DNA of 64,000 bases from Schizochytrium sp. TIO01 (taxonomy: Eukaryota > Protista > Bigyra: Labyrinthulomycetes), in assembly GCA_004764695.1 (NCBI GenBank), contig SMSO01000035.1, positions 2,542,001 through 2,606,000 on the forward strand, written 5' to 3'. Each line of letters begins with the position of its first letter. Within the stretch, counting starts at the first letter, position 1. Made by a program: the position numbers and the translations under genes. The notes below the pieces were generated by a model. It was not told where the DNA came from. It was given only the letters and a program-made list of their open reading frames with translations, and made no database searches. Below are positions 11,301 to 23,459 of the stretch, one piece after another.

Positions 11301-14300
11301 TTTACAAATTGGAAAGCACTCCCCTGCCATTCATCTTTCGTGGACATTGCTGTGAATGCTGAAATGAGGCCTCAACTTGCTCGCTTCAAATGCGCTTTCC
11401 CCGCATCATTACATTCCATACTGCCCATGTATCCGGACAAGGTCCATATACACCTAGAAGCTTGAACTTGCCGAAGATTCATGGTTCCATTGTGCAGACT
11501 TTGCAGACAAGACATCAAGCCAATTGCTGGATCTTTGTAACGCGTAAAGGACGTTCACGTCGGGAACGCACAGCCATTATCTGATCTATCTCCAACTCCA
11601 GGTCCACGAAGAGTAGCCAGGCGGCTTCACTTCCTGAGGCCTGCGCCTCCAATATTAGTAAATACATGCCGCCATCAGAGTGCAACCAGAAAGCGATTCA
11701 GGCTACGCCCAATTGGATCGATATGGAGAGCTAGCTTGTAGCACTCTTTTCCTCTGGCATAGCAGTCCCTACAGGTGCTCCTAAAGCTCGAGGTAGCACA
11801 GTGCCTTCGCTTGTTTGTAGCAGCTTCGGTAGGTACTATGCGAGCTCCTAAAGGCTGCTAGACGAAACTAGGTGCTAAGGTCTCTTGGAGCAATCTCGCA
11901 GTAGTTCGCAGAGGCACAAACTTGTGCAAGATTCATCACTTCGCGTGCCCATGGTAAGCGCAACCCGTTTCAGAAGGTTCTGCGGACTTACTTGGCCCCC
12001 TCTCGGCGTTGCAGGGTGCAGAGCATGCCTTCGTTGCAAACTTGAATTAGGCTCTGCGAAATCAGTGAAGAAGCCTGTCTGGCAGAATAAGTTCGAGTCT
12101 GCCATCGAAAGATGCGTTGAGATGAAGAAGGAGCAAGACTTGAAGCAGATATAGTGAGGTACCTACTCTTTAGCGTGTCTATTGCCCACCTAATATCATG
12201 TAGTACGAAAAGAAAGGATCCGGGTGTCTCCTGGATATGGAGGGGTAGGTAAGGTTTTCACATAGTTCCGTTGCGGGGTGACTATACTAGCTGGGAGTTT
12301 GTCTAGCTTTCTAGGAGTTGATATGAGATGTAGCTTGCTCTATCCAGAAGCACGAACGGGACGATTGTCCCCACAGACACTAGTACGTATCCGGGTGACG
12401 CCTTCAGTAAGTGCCAGTATACACCCCTGATATACGTTTTGGAACGCAGAGAGGCTGATAGCGTAGCCTGATAGCGGAGAAGCCATAAATATAATGATCA
12501 TGAAAATAATATTAACTTTTAAAAAAAGAAAAAAAAAGGTAATGAATTCGTCTCTCGTCAAACTGTTGAAAATTAGAAAACAAATTCATTAAATGATTTT
12601 AATTTATTTTTTTATTTTTAATTTTTTAAAGTCTATACGTAAAAGAACGAATCCGAGTCTTTTGTTTGAGAAAGTCCATAAACATAGTGGATGATCTGTT
12701 TCCAGATTAGAAATTAGAAACAATAAACAATGGTTGCTGCTATTGCGAAGGAAGATAAGAGAATTGAAAATGAGGTTTTGACTGTCACCGTGGCGTTCTG
12801 ATATATTGCACAGTCTGCTGCGAGAGCCTCTGGACCATAATAGCCGTTCGGGTATAAAAAGGGTGTCACTCACACGAGACCTTCAGCTGTTGAACTGCTT
12901 TATATGTACCTGACGTTCTGTATGTTCCACGTTCCCGGCCGCCTATTATATCACGCAACGCATGTTGAAGCTCGTCGTCAAGCACGCGAAGAACTTGCGA
13001 ATCGCGAAATCCTCGTCACCGTCACTGATCAGTGAATGACCGATTGAGACTGCTGTTTTCCAGCCTGATATCCACTGAGTCCACTGTCGCCGCGGGCCAG
13101 TTCGTTCGACCTTGAAAGACGGCCTTTCGTCAGTCGTGTCAGTCAATCAATCACTCAATCAATCTGCCTCTCAGCAGTGAGTGAGTCGATCACAAGAACG
13201 GACCCGGACTCAGCGCTCTGCCTCATCGCTACAAGCCTCATCGCTACAAGGACACGGAAAAAAACTCAGAGCTTTGGATTCAATCGCCGTTCAACTTACT
13301 TTGGAGATGGAGAAGAAGCGTGAGGAACCTAAGCGGAAACCTGTTCTGCCGTTTCAAGAGCCCTGCGCTTATCCTGGAAGTTCTTTTTCCAGCAACGCCC
13401 AGAGAGGTAGGTACTCTTTTCAATATCCCTTCTTTTTTTCTTTCTTTCTTTTTTCTTTCTTTTTTTGAAAGCGAAGCATGAATGTTCGGGGACGCGCTGT
13501 GAACAACATGGCCCACTACGTAGTAGGTACGTAACGCGCAGTAGCGCTCAGCTCTAGAAAGGGCGGAGGAGCCGCTCTTTGATCTGAGCTGAGGCCCCTT
13601 CGCATCATGAAAGTTGCCATTGCAATCACGATGGTCCTGAACGGCGTCACTCGGACGCAGCAGCGTCTGATGTTGTGTATTGTACTCGCATGCATGTAGG
13701 TCTGTCTGTGCGTGTGCTGGGATCATGCTGGTTACTACTTTCTTGCGCAGATCTGAGAGGTCGCAATCGGCGGCATACTTCTCCTCCTCGCAGCTTCTTC
13801 AAGCGTCGTAATCTCGCGAAGCGCTTTCCTGAAAAGATAATATGGACACAAGACATTTTATTTTCTACAACTGCCATAAGTCAGGGAAGCAACAGCCCGT
13901 TAGTTTCTCGAAAAGAAAACTTTCAATTGAAAACCCGCTTCTAATTTTAATATTTAATTTTTTTTAATAAAAAATAAAAAAAAATTATGATAATGACAAT
14001 AATCCTTATAATGATTTAATTTAATAGCATTTAATTTAATAGCATTTAATTAAATTAAATTTAATTTTAAAACAAAATAAAATAAAAAGAAAGATACAAA
14101 AAGCGTATCAAATCTGAATTTGAACTGGCCGACGGATGGGAATAGCAGACTCGTGAACCTTCGATGTAAACAGCCGTAAACTTGGAGTTCCTGAGATCCT
14201 GGCACCTTGCGCATCCGCTTTTGCCATTCTCGCGCCAATTCAATTCAAACTGGGCTTGAGACGGCAAATCCGACTTCCTTCAGCACGCAATCTAACGGGT

Positions 14301-15294
14301 CTGTGAGATCGATCATCGCCGCCGCCGTTGGCATCGTTTCCACCGCTTCCCAAGTGGTTTCCAACAGCAGCTGTCTTCGTGGCTGCCCACGAACTGGAGA
14401 GGACCTCGCGAGGCCCGAAAGCGACAGCAAGTCGAGGCTCTCGACTCTTCTTCACTTCTTCGGCAGAGCCCATCGTCCAAGGGTTTGTTTGGGGAGCCTG
14501 GACCATCGAGCGAGCGAGCGACCTTATCCCATTTGAGAACGGCTCCGTCTGATGTGACGTCTGCGCCGGTCTGTTCCTGAGCAATCCCACGCAGCACCCG
14601 CGGCATCTCCACCCGTGGCTGTGCCAAGCAACCTCGATCTGAACGTCCGCAGCCTCTCGCCGCCAAGCCTGTCTCGCGAGACGATTTAGGTCATGATGGT
14701 CGCGAGCTCGATGGCCTCCGCGACGACCTCAGCAACATCGAGGCCCTCCAGGGGCGATTTCGATTTCGATACACGGCGAGTGTCTGTTTGTCTGTCAACC
14801 AATGGCATCGTCGATGCACGAAGCGAACTGCTGATTCGTGGGCCGCTCTCCACGCGAGCGGGAGCAAGAACACGGCCAGCTTGAAGACCGGGAGCTCGAG
14901 CTCGAGCACCAAGGGTGGCCAGGCAGGCAAGCAAGCAAGCAAGCCACTCGTGCCAAGTCTCGAGCGCAGACGGCAATCGAGCGATGCTTTGGGCCTCTCC
15001 GGAGACTCAGTCAGTCTGCTGGCTGCAGCGGCGAAGGGGCGGCGGGAGGAGGTTGACCGCTCGCCGCCGAAGCGGCCCTGCGCCGCTCCACGCGAAGAGA
15101 GCTTGGCGGCGAGCAGCGCCGTATCTTTGCGGCAAACGGCGTCGAGGATTCGAAATTGTATGCGTATGCTAGTTCATAACGGCGATGGCGGATCTTCGAG
15201 TACATTGGTTTTCAAAATTGGGTCTCTTCGTTTTCAGACAGACCCATAGTTAGCCTTTTCTTTTTCTCTTCTTCTCTTCTGTCTATTCTATTTG

Positions 15295-15295
15295 T

Positions 15296-15327
<32 letters not shown>

Positions 15328-15329
15328 TC
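15295..15329. repeat. (CTTT)n microsatellite
   Basis: Directly visible. Confidence 0.95.
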
Positions 15330-16807
15330 GAATAATGCCATAAACATATTTATTTTTAATTTGAATTAAAATAACAACAACAAATACTACCTTTTAGTAT
15401 CGAAAAAAGCGGTTTGATGAAAGAATAACAAGCTAGCTTGCAAGACTTGCATTTCAAAGAATCAGAACGGCAGGACGCTGAGTAATCATTCTATCGATAG
15501 AAGCAACACGTGTCTGGTTTAGGCTCCTATGATGAACTTCATAGGTACTAAGCGTGTCAGTCTATTCAAACAAGTTTGACAACCATTTTCTAGCTTTTGT
15601 TCTTTTCTTTTTTCGCTCAAATGAAATGTGTTTACCATGACGAGACAAGATATTATTAGATTTAAAAGAAGAAAAAAAAAATTGAAGTTCGCAAAGAACA
15701 CCGTAGCGCCCGAACTCCTATTACTACCTACTCTCCTTTGCCCTTCCATTCTCCCTCCTCTAAGTTCAAGTCCTTTCGTGGGCCGTTCAGGGCAGGAAGT
15801 AACAAGCAAGGAGTAGTTCATTAAGAGGAGAGAACGTGCGAAGAGGATTTAATCGTTGGCTTTTGCACTCACTCCTGTCAAGTGCTCTCTTCAAGTTGCA
15901 CAAGTGCATAACAGCCGCGGCCAACTTGAAGGCCACCTTCCAGTGCAAAAACAGCCGTCAGATCGCCCACAAAATCTCGTGAGCCATCGTTGTTCACTGG
16001 CAGCCATAGAAGAGTTAATCTCATCCCCATCTCAAATCGCAAATGTCAAAGCTTAGCTACAAAATCTTCTCAATAGATATTTTTCTTCTTGAAATGCTGG
16101 GATAACGTTATTAAAAAATGTTATATATATTAAAAATATATATATATATATATAAAAACATTATATATATTTTATATACAAATAGTAAACACGATGATAA
16201 CAATAATGATAAAACGTTTGTTTTAAATCAGGTTTTATCCTCTTTTCGAACAAAAAATAAATAAAATAAAATATTTTTAAAGAAGTAGCTTGAATGAGAT
16301 ATGTTTCAATACAGGGACTCCCTTGAAAAGGACAGGAATCTCCCGCCCTCTCAACAAACGTATGAGACAGATTAGATGTGTTCCCAGAAGATTCCCAGAG
16401 AGATCATAATAGAAAGACGGATGAAAAGAACTGGAATGATTCACCACTTCTTAGAATGAATACCTCTACAGGTGACCAAGAAGCTCGAGATGAAGATGAC
16501 ATGAAGAAGATTATATTCTCGATTTGTGCTGTACAGTAGCGAAATGCGGTGCTGTTCATTGCCGGGAGGCCGTTGAAAGCCTTGGGGTGGCTGCTTTTGA
16601 GCATACCTACGCATCACTTTGGGACGAGTCGTGCGAAGCAAGAACTTGAAGAAAGCAATCAACAGAAAACCAAATTAGAGCCCACCTACGCTCCCTAGGT
16701 GTTTCCTTACTTTGTTTTTGTCCAAGCCCGCCTGCATAGCAACCCGATAGGGAGTGGTAGGGAACCACTCAACTTCCTCTTCGCTCGCTCATTTAGCCTC
16801 TTTCAAA

Positions 16808-16902
16808 GTTGTTTGTTTGTTCGTCTGTTTGTCTGTTTGTCTGTTTGTCTGTTTGTCTGTTTGTCTGTTTGTCTGTTTGTCTGCTTGTTTGTTTGTTTGT
16901 TT
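16808..16902. repeat. (GTTT/GTCT)n compound microsatellite
   Basis: Directly visible. Confidence 0.9.
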
Positions 16903-19900
16903 ATCGGCGACGAAGAAAAGAGATTTCGTGGAGATATTGTATATGAGTTGTTAGTAGCTACCTTCCTACCTCCCTTTGTTTGTAGGTAAGCATGTTTTTG
17001 CCATTGTTTCTCTTTCTCTCGAGAATGGCAGTTCTGAGGACGACGATTGTGAGGAGTGAGAACCCTGAAGCAGGCAAGGCCAAGGCATTCATTGATTCAT
17101 TCATTCATTCTTTCACCGGTCAAGGCGTCTTCTTCGCCAACCAGCAAGATGCGATGAGAGGCGGAAAAGAAAGAGCTCGAAAGAAAAGCTGCCCCGAAGG
17201 CAGGCAAGCAGGCAGGCGAGCAGGGAAGCGAGCGAGACTCCGCGCTTTCGAAGTCGATTCGCGATTGAAAAGCAAAGTCGATGATCGATCGATCGGAGAG
17301 TGAGTCCTGCTCGTACTGCGATATTTTCTATTTTCTATTTTTTTAATAAGAAGGGGATAGAGAACAGGTAGGAACTGGTAGAGGCCTGGCTGAGAGGCAG
17401 TCCTAGAGGCCATATAGAGGATTGAGTAGGGAAAAGGCAGGCGCCGCCCGTAGCAGAGACGCTTTAGGTGAGAGTCCATGCGGAATGGGCCCCAAAGAGG
17501 CAAATAGCAGCGGAGACTCCTTCTTTGATGTGCCTCTAGCTAGGCGGGCCGAAGCGGCGTCCGAGGCAGTTCTTCGCAGAAAAGAACTCACTGCTCAAAA
17601 GATTCTTTTAGAGGGTTTGCAGAACCTTAGAGAACCCTGGGCAAGACGAAGTTTAGACCCGGGTTCTGGCGAAAGCAGCAGAACTCGACGAAGAATTAAT
17701 TCTGTAAGTTTATTTATTTTATTTTATGTTATTTTATTCTATTTCAGTTTTCATTTTGAAATATGTAAACAATCTGAATTTGAACTTAAATTTGAATTCT
17801 GATGAATAAGTTGGAAAATAGGAAATGGTACGAAGATGAGACCATGGTGCAGAATCAGACGCAGACCTACATACCCACCTACTGTGGAGCTTGAGCAAGC
17901 TCACGCTGGAGATGGATTTCGACTTGATTTTCTCGATTCGAGCGGCAGGCCTGCCCTCGGGGCCTTTGCTAATTGCTGGACGCGGAGAGACTCCACAACG
18001 TGTAGCTGTCGATCGCCTCCAGTTCTCCGAGTTGCAGATTTGAAAACCTAAACGCTTCGAGAATGCCAACTCTAGTCTAGCGAAGAAAGCGGATCAAGAT
18101 TGATGTTGGAGGCGCCGGAGCGCCTTCATGCACAGCGAGAACGACGCGGAGGACGCCAATGGCCCGTCGCTGAAATTGTGCCAGAGATCGTGAATGCTAG
18201 TGCTCCCTAGGTACCGGGCAAATCATGAATCATCATGGTCCAGCAACCAATGGTATGAATCATGAGCCTGTCGGCACTTGCCGATTCAAGTTGCTCAGGG
18301 GTCACCCGGTCGCAACGCGTGAGTTCATCGTGGTGGTTCAAGTTCTTTCCGAAAGAGCTCGTGAGGTCTAATCTATCAGCTGCTCCACCGACCAATTGAT
18401 CGATCAGCCGCTCAGTGTGTACGCCGCAGTGGACATCCATCTAGACAGGTCCTCACCACAGGTCGTCTCTGGGCTCTCGGACTGACTGAGCCGCCGCCGC
18501 ACGCGCTGCGAGCGAGGGAAAGCCACCGCCGGCTAGCAAAAGCAGCAGCAGACCAAACCTCTGCGAGCTGCGCCCGTGGACTCGCAATCTCCAGTTAGAT
18601 TGCTTTCAGGTTTGCATGCTTGCTTTCAAGTTTGCTAGTATCCTGAGGCCTGCACTCTCAACCACTTTGACGACCACGATACGATGCCGGAGACAGCACC
18701 AATTAGCTGTCTGGAACGAGCATGTGACCTCCGGAGCTTCATGAGCTCGATCATCAGCAAAGGTTTCACGGGCGAAAGCGATCTTGCATTGATTGGCCCA
18801 TCCATCACTTGGCTTCGAAGGCCTTCTGCACATCTTCGGAAAGCAGGCGCCAAAGCAGGAAGCCCGAAGCGGTCCCTTCGCACCGCGAGCTGTTCGCTCC
18901 TTCTTCGTAGCACACCTATCGTGAAGAAGATGCAGGCCCAGACCCGCCCTGCGAACTCCGCCGCCCAGGTAGGTTGCTGGTTCTGCGAGCGCAGCAGCAA
19001 CTGCGGCAGTCCGAAGCGAAGCAGGCCAGCCAAAACGAGCAGCGCCTCCTTGCTGACGAGGACGAGGCCCGGCTCGCCGCTGCTTTTGGAGCTTCTGCGA
19101 TTCACTCGTACACACACACTCACACACACGCACAAAGCTTCTTCTGGTTCGCCACTCTTCATTGTCTGTAATCTTTTCTTCCCTCTTCTTTTCTTTCAAA
19201 GGTCAATTAATTCTGTGTGAACACGGTAGGCAGGGGGCAAAGAAATGCAATCTTTACGGATACACGGAAGTAGCTAGTAGTACCATTCTTCCTCGCAAGG
19301 TGAAGAACTATTTTGAACCTCAAGTTTTTGTTTGTTTTTAGGGAACTGCTTCATCGTCGTCGTGGCCCATTTTCAATACGGCGCTGAGGCCTCCCAAGTT
19401 GGGCTTATGGACTCCTATGGTTAACGTTGGGAGGCCGCGGCCTCTCGAAGCAGTGTCCGTGTTGTCGACAAACTTGCACAATTAGTAATAGGTAGTAGAT
19501 GCAGACGTGATGATAGTAAGTAGGTACCTAATTTGCAGCTAGTATTGTATTCAACCTTTTCAAGAAGCCATTTGAACAAAACTGATTGAATAAATGAATG
19601 AATGAATGAATGAATAATTGAATGGATGAATGATGTAGCCTCTACGTAAGAAGATTTTCAACCCGAATCTCGTACATTATCGTAGAAGAAATGAAGTTTC
19701 TTCCTGAGCCTTGTCCGTTTCGGCGCTAAGAAGTGTACCGGGTGGGTGTCTGGCAGCTTCTTTGGTGTTTCGGAATGACTAGAGGCTTGCTTGCACGTTT
19801 GCTTGCATCTTGCAGGCGGATTCGCAGGCAGCACAACTCTTACAGGCTTGAGGTGCTTTCTACAACTATTTTGGCGATCTGAACACCAGTCAGTCATCTC

Positions 19901-20345
19901 TTCTACCTCTACTACGTACGTCTACATCTCTAAGTGCATCAAGAAAGAGAGAACGAAAGAGAGAACGAAAGAACGCAAGGAGAGCAGAGCAGGATGGAGG
20001 AACCTGAAAGAAGAGGAGCCCCCCAGAAAGTTAAATGTGAGAACCGCATTGAAGTCAGCGAGCAGTTGTGCAAATTACCACGGGCGACGGCTTTCTCTCG
20101 AAGCCGCGTTCTCGATAAGTCGAAGATTGAATTTTATTTCCCTCGCATCGGTGGGCGGTCGTCTCGCGATTGCTGCTTGTGATGGGACCTTGGATCAGGA
20201 TTATAGCGTCAGCTGCATGCACAATTCAGACTCAAGATCAATAATCTGAAGAGAAGCTGCTGTGCCGCATCTTCACACACATGTTTATCCTCGCAGGTTC
20301 CCACTCTCCTAATAGATTTAAAAGAACTCATCTTATTCCAGGCCG

Positions 20346-20376
<31 letters not shown>

Positions 20377-21366
20377 GCGTGCACTAAATGCTTCTTTAGG
20401 CTGTGCCTTTTCTTTTGGCAGCGGCACGTTTGAAAGTGCACCTGCTATTCAAAATGATAAGAGTTAATAAGACTGCCCCCCCCCCACGCGAGAGAGAACG
20501 CAGCCCGTTCTCTCAGGGGCCTTTGTATTTGAAATCACCCATAGAGAAGCGACTAGGAGAACCGCTAGGGCTGCAGAGCGGGCTCCGCCTCCTCGTTGAA
20601 GTATAGACTAGCAGGAGTTAGTAGTCCCTAGTGGGCAGAACCTGAGGCGGAACCGGCACTGCCGGAGCAGGGAAGCGCCCACTCCAGGCAGCTAATAGCA
20701 AGTAAACGGACGAATGAGGGAATGCGCGAGTGAGAGGACGAGTAAATCAACCAATGCATCGATGAATCGATCGCTGAGTGTGGTAGAGTAACTCCGAGAC
20801 GGCGAAGAAATATCCTCAACTTTGCAGAACTGCCACGTTCCATTCAGAAGAATCACACTCACTGGATCCAACTCGTTCCCTTCCAGCTATCTACAGCGCC
20901 TATTTACCTATCCACGCAGCATTACATAATGCATGCACACACATACACACCTACGTACGCCTTGCCTTTTCTGCAAGCCAAAGTGAGCACAGTCAACACG
21001 GTTCTTCAGGTTTAAACAGAAAATCCTGAAATCAACATGCACATCGTCCTTCTTTCGCAGGGTGGCAGTTGTTCCAGCAGTTCCAGCATCACTCAGGGCA
21101 GCAGAACAGAACGAAACGAAACAGCGCAGCTTTGAAGCGGAGCGGGGCGGGTTCTTCAGGTTCACGTACGTGGCATGGTGCCTGGAGGGCGACTATTAGA
21201 GTTGAGGGTAGGAGGGCACGGCTGGCGTGTCTCGTAGCACAAGTTGAAGAAGCTTTTTCTTTTCTTTTCTTTTCTCTTCTTTTCTGAGTCTTTTCTTTTC
21301 TTACTGAAGAAAGAAAAGAAAAGAAAAACAAAGAAAAGCAGAAAAGGAATGCTTGTTTGTAGATTG

Positions 21367-21393
21367 ACTTCTTCTTCTTCTTCTTCTTCTTCT
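21367..21393. repeat. (CTT)n microsatellite
   Basis: Directly visible. Confidence 0.9.
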
Positions 21394-23459
21394 TTTGTTG
21401 GAGAATTGAAGTATTAGTTGCGAGAAGAGTTTAAAGACAGCCCAGATTTTTCAAGCGCAACGAAAGCGCGAGATGAAGCAGAGAGAGAGAACTTTAGGGT
21501 GGGTAGGTAGGTGCCGTGTCTGTTCTGCTCGATCGCCAGCAACGATAAGGCTGAAGCTGAAAGTGCGGAAATGAAGAGAAGGAGGTGCTCGAAAAGGCCA
21601 TGGGTAGGCTAGCTAGTTGTTTTATAGGCATATATCAAACGTTAAAAATACATATTAATATTTTTTAGTTTAAAAATAAAATTAAAGATAAGAATACTAT
21701 TTTTCCTTCAGTATTTTAACTTTCGTTATTTATGGATGGGATTCCTTTAATGTGATTTTAAAAATACAATTATAATTCATTGGCACGATAAGATGAACAA
21801 ACAGAGCTCTCGAGAACCCAGATTGAGAAGCGTTCATAACCATGGTTGTCGCTCCCCTTAAAAAGGTTGAATGAAGGAGAGGTTCAAAGTATCAGCCTTC
21901 TCCCTTTGTGATCATCATAAAACAATAACTTTCCCCATCTTCTTCGTTTCCAAAATAATTTTTAATTAATTATTTATTTATTTATTTTTATTTTATTTTT
22001 TCTCCCCCTCCTCCCCCCCCCCCTCTTTATAAGTATATACTTTTTATGTTACGCTATACTATTTGGTTTTGAAATGAAAAGAAACTTGGTCCGAAGTAGA
22101 AATGGCGCCGTTTGGTCTGCTTGGTTCCCTAGTACGCACCTACTATTGAAAGTTGCGGAAGAGGGAGAGAGACGGAAAGCGTGGGAAAATAGTTCTCTGG
22201 GGCTACGCCCAAAAAAAGAAAAAGGAACTTTATTGGTTTGCATATCGGAGGATTATTGATCGATTGATCGATTGACTGACATATATATGAAGAGTAATTG
22301 CAGAGAAAGCGGCATACACGTCGCTGTGATGTGCGATTTTGGAAACGGAGAGAACTTGTTGGAGATATACCCCAAATAGGTTTATAGGTCAGGTAGAAAA
22401 TGCCTTCTTCTTCTTCTTCTTCGAGGAGTCTCAATGTTTGAAAGCTCATCTTAAAGGGGGTAAGTTTTTGACCTTGGCGTTTTAATCTGTACATCAAAGC
22501 AACTTCATTAAAATAAAAGATCCAACCACAATAGAACTCTATTATCGTTTGTAATAATGAAGATGCCACTATAAGGAGATATGAGAACTTCTGTGACGAC
22601 GAACGAAAGAGAAAACCAACGCGGAAGTTTATCTTTACTACGTTTTGACTTGGATTCTTTCTTTCGTCGATAAATAGTTTATTTTTATTTTGTTACGGCA
22701 AACTATGGTAAACCCCATTTTTTAATTCAAAGTGATTATTTTATATAGCTGTATATGAAGCGGAATTTTCAGTTCGACAGAGCATCAATAAATAGCGCAA
22801 CGACGACACGCTATCTCAAAGACCAGCTTTTCCTATACAACTATAATAGACAGATTGCCTACCTACCAAGATGGGCCGCAAGACAGACATCGCTTACTGC
22901 TCTGAGTGCTTCAACACACAACCGATCAAAGGTCGATTTATAATTCAATCAAGCATGAGAGGGAGGCACAGAGAACATTGATTTGCGAAGATGACGCGAG
23001 CAGAACAGGGGTGAACGTGATAAATTGAATTGAACTGACTGACTGACTGACCTTCCAACGCCCCTCCCTCACCGACCTTGGTTTACGTATGTATATTTAT
23101 TATTATTATTAATTTTAATAATAATTATTTTTTAGTAGAGGGGTTTTGTACTAAGTTAAATCATTTTTATAAGATAAAGTATGACGATATTTGTGGTCCA
23201 CTTAAAGAAAAAGCTTTCAATGGAATACTTCGTCCCTTCTTTCATAATATGTTTTAGTTAGTTAGTTTTTGTTTTTTTTAACTAAGCAGGGAAGGGAAAG
23301 AAGGAAAAAAGGAAAAGGGAAACAAACCCCAAACTCGCGACTGCTCGATCGCTCAATCGATAACTCAATCAATCACTCACCCAGCCAATAATCAAAGCAG
23401 CGGCAGAAGCGGCTGCGATCGACTCCACTTGGACGCAGACAAAGCAGCCAATTGCCGCG

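Noticed and set aside
12375-12405. Faint resemblance to a tRNA T-arm
   Set aside because: No GTTCGA box and no cloverleaf.
14200-15249. Cluster of overlapping 60-150 aa ORFs
   Set aside because: Explained by high GC and TA scarcity; no coherent protein or splice model.
14111-17786. Exact 16-mer AATCTGAATTTGAACT at 14111 and 17771
   Set aside because: Only two AT-rich copies with no extended homology; insufficient to call a repeat family or motif.
18606-19220. Three overlapping 175-197 aa ORFs
   Set aside because: GC-rich, Arg/Ser/Ala-biased, open on both strands, no recognisable domain.
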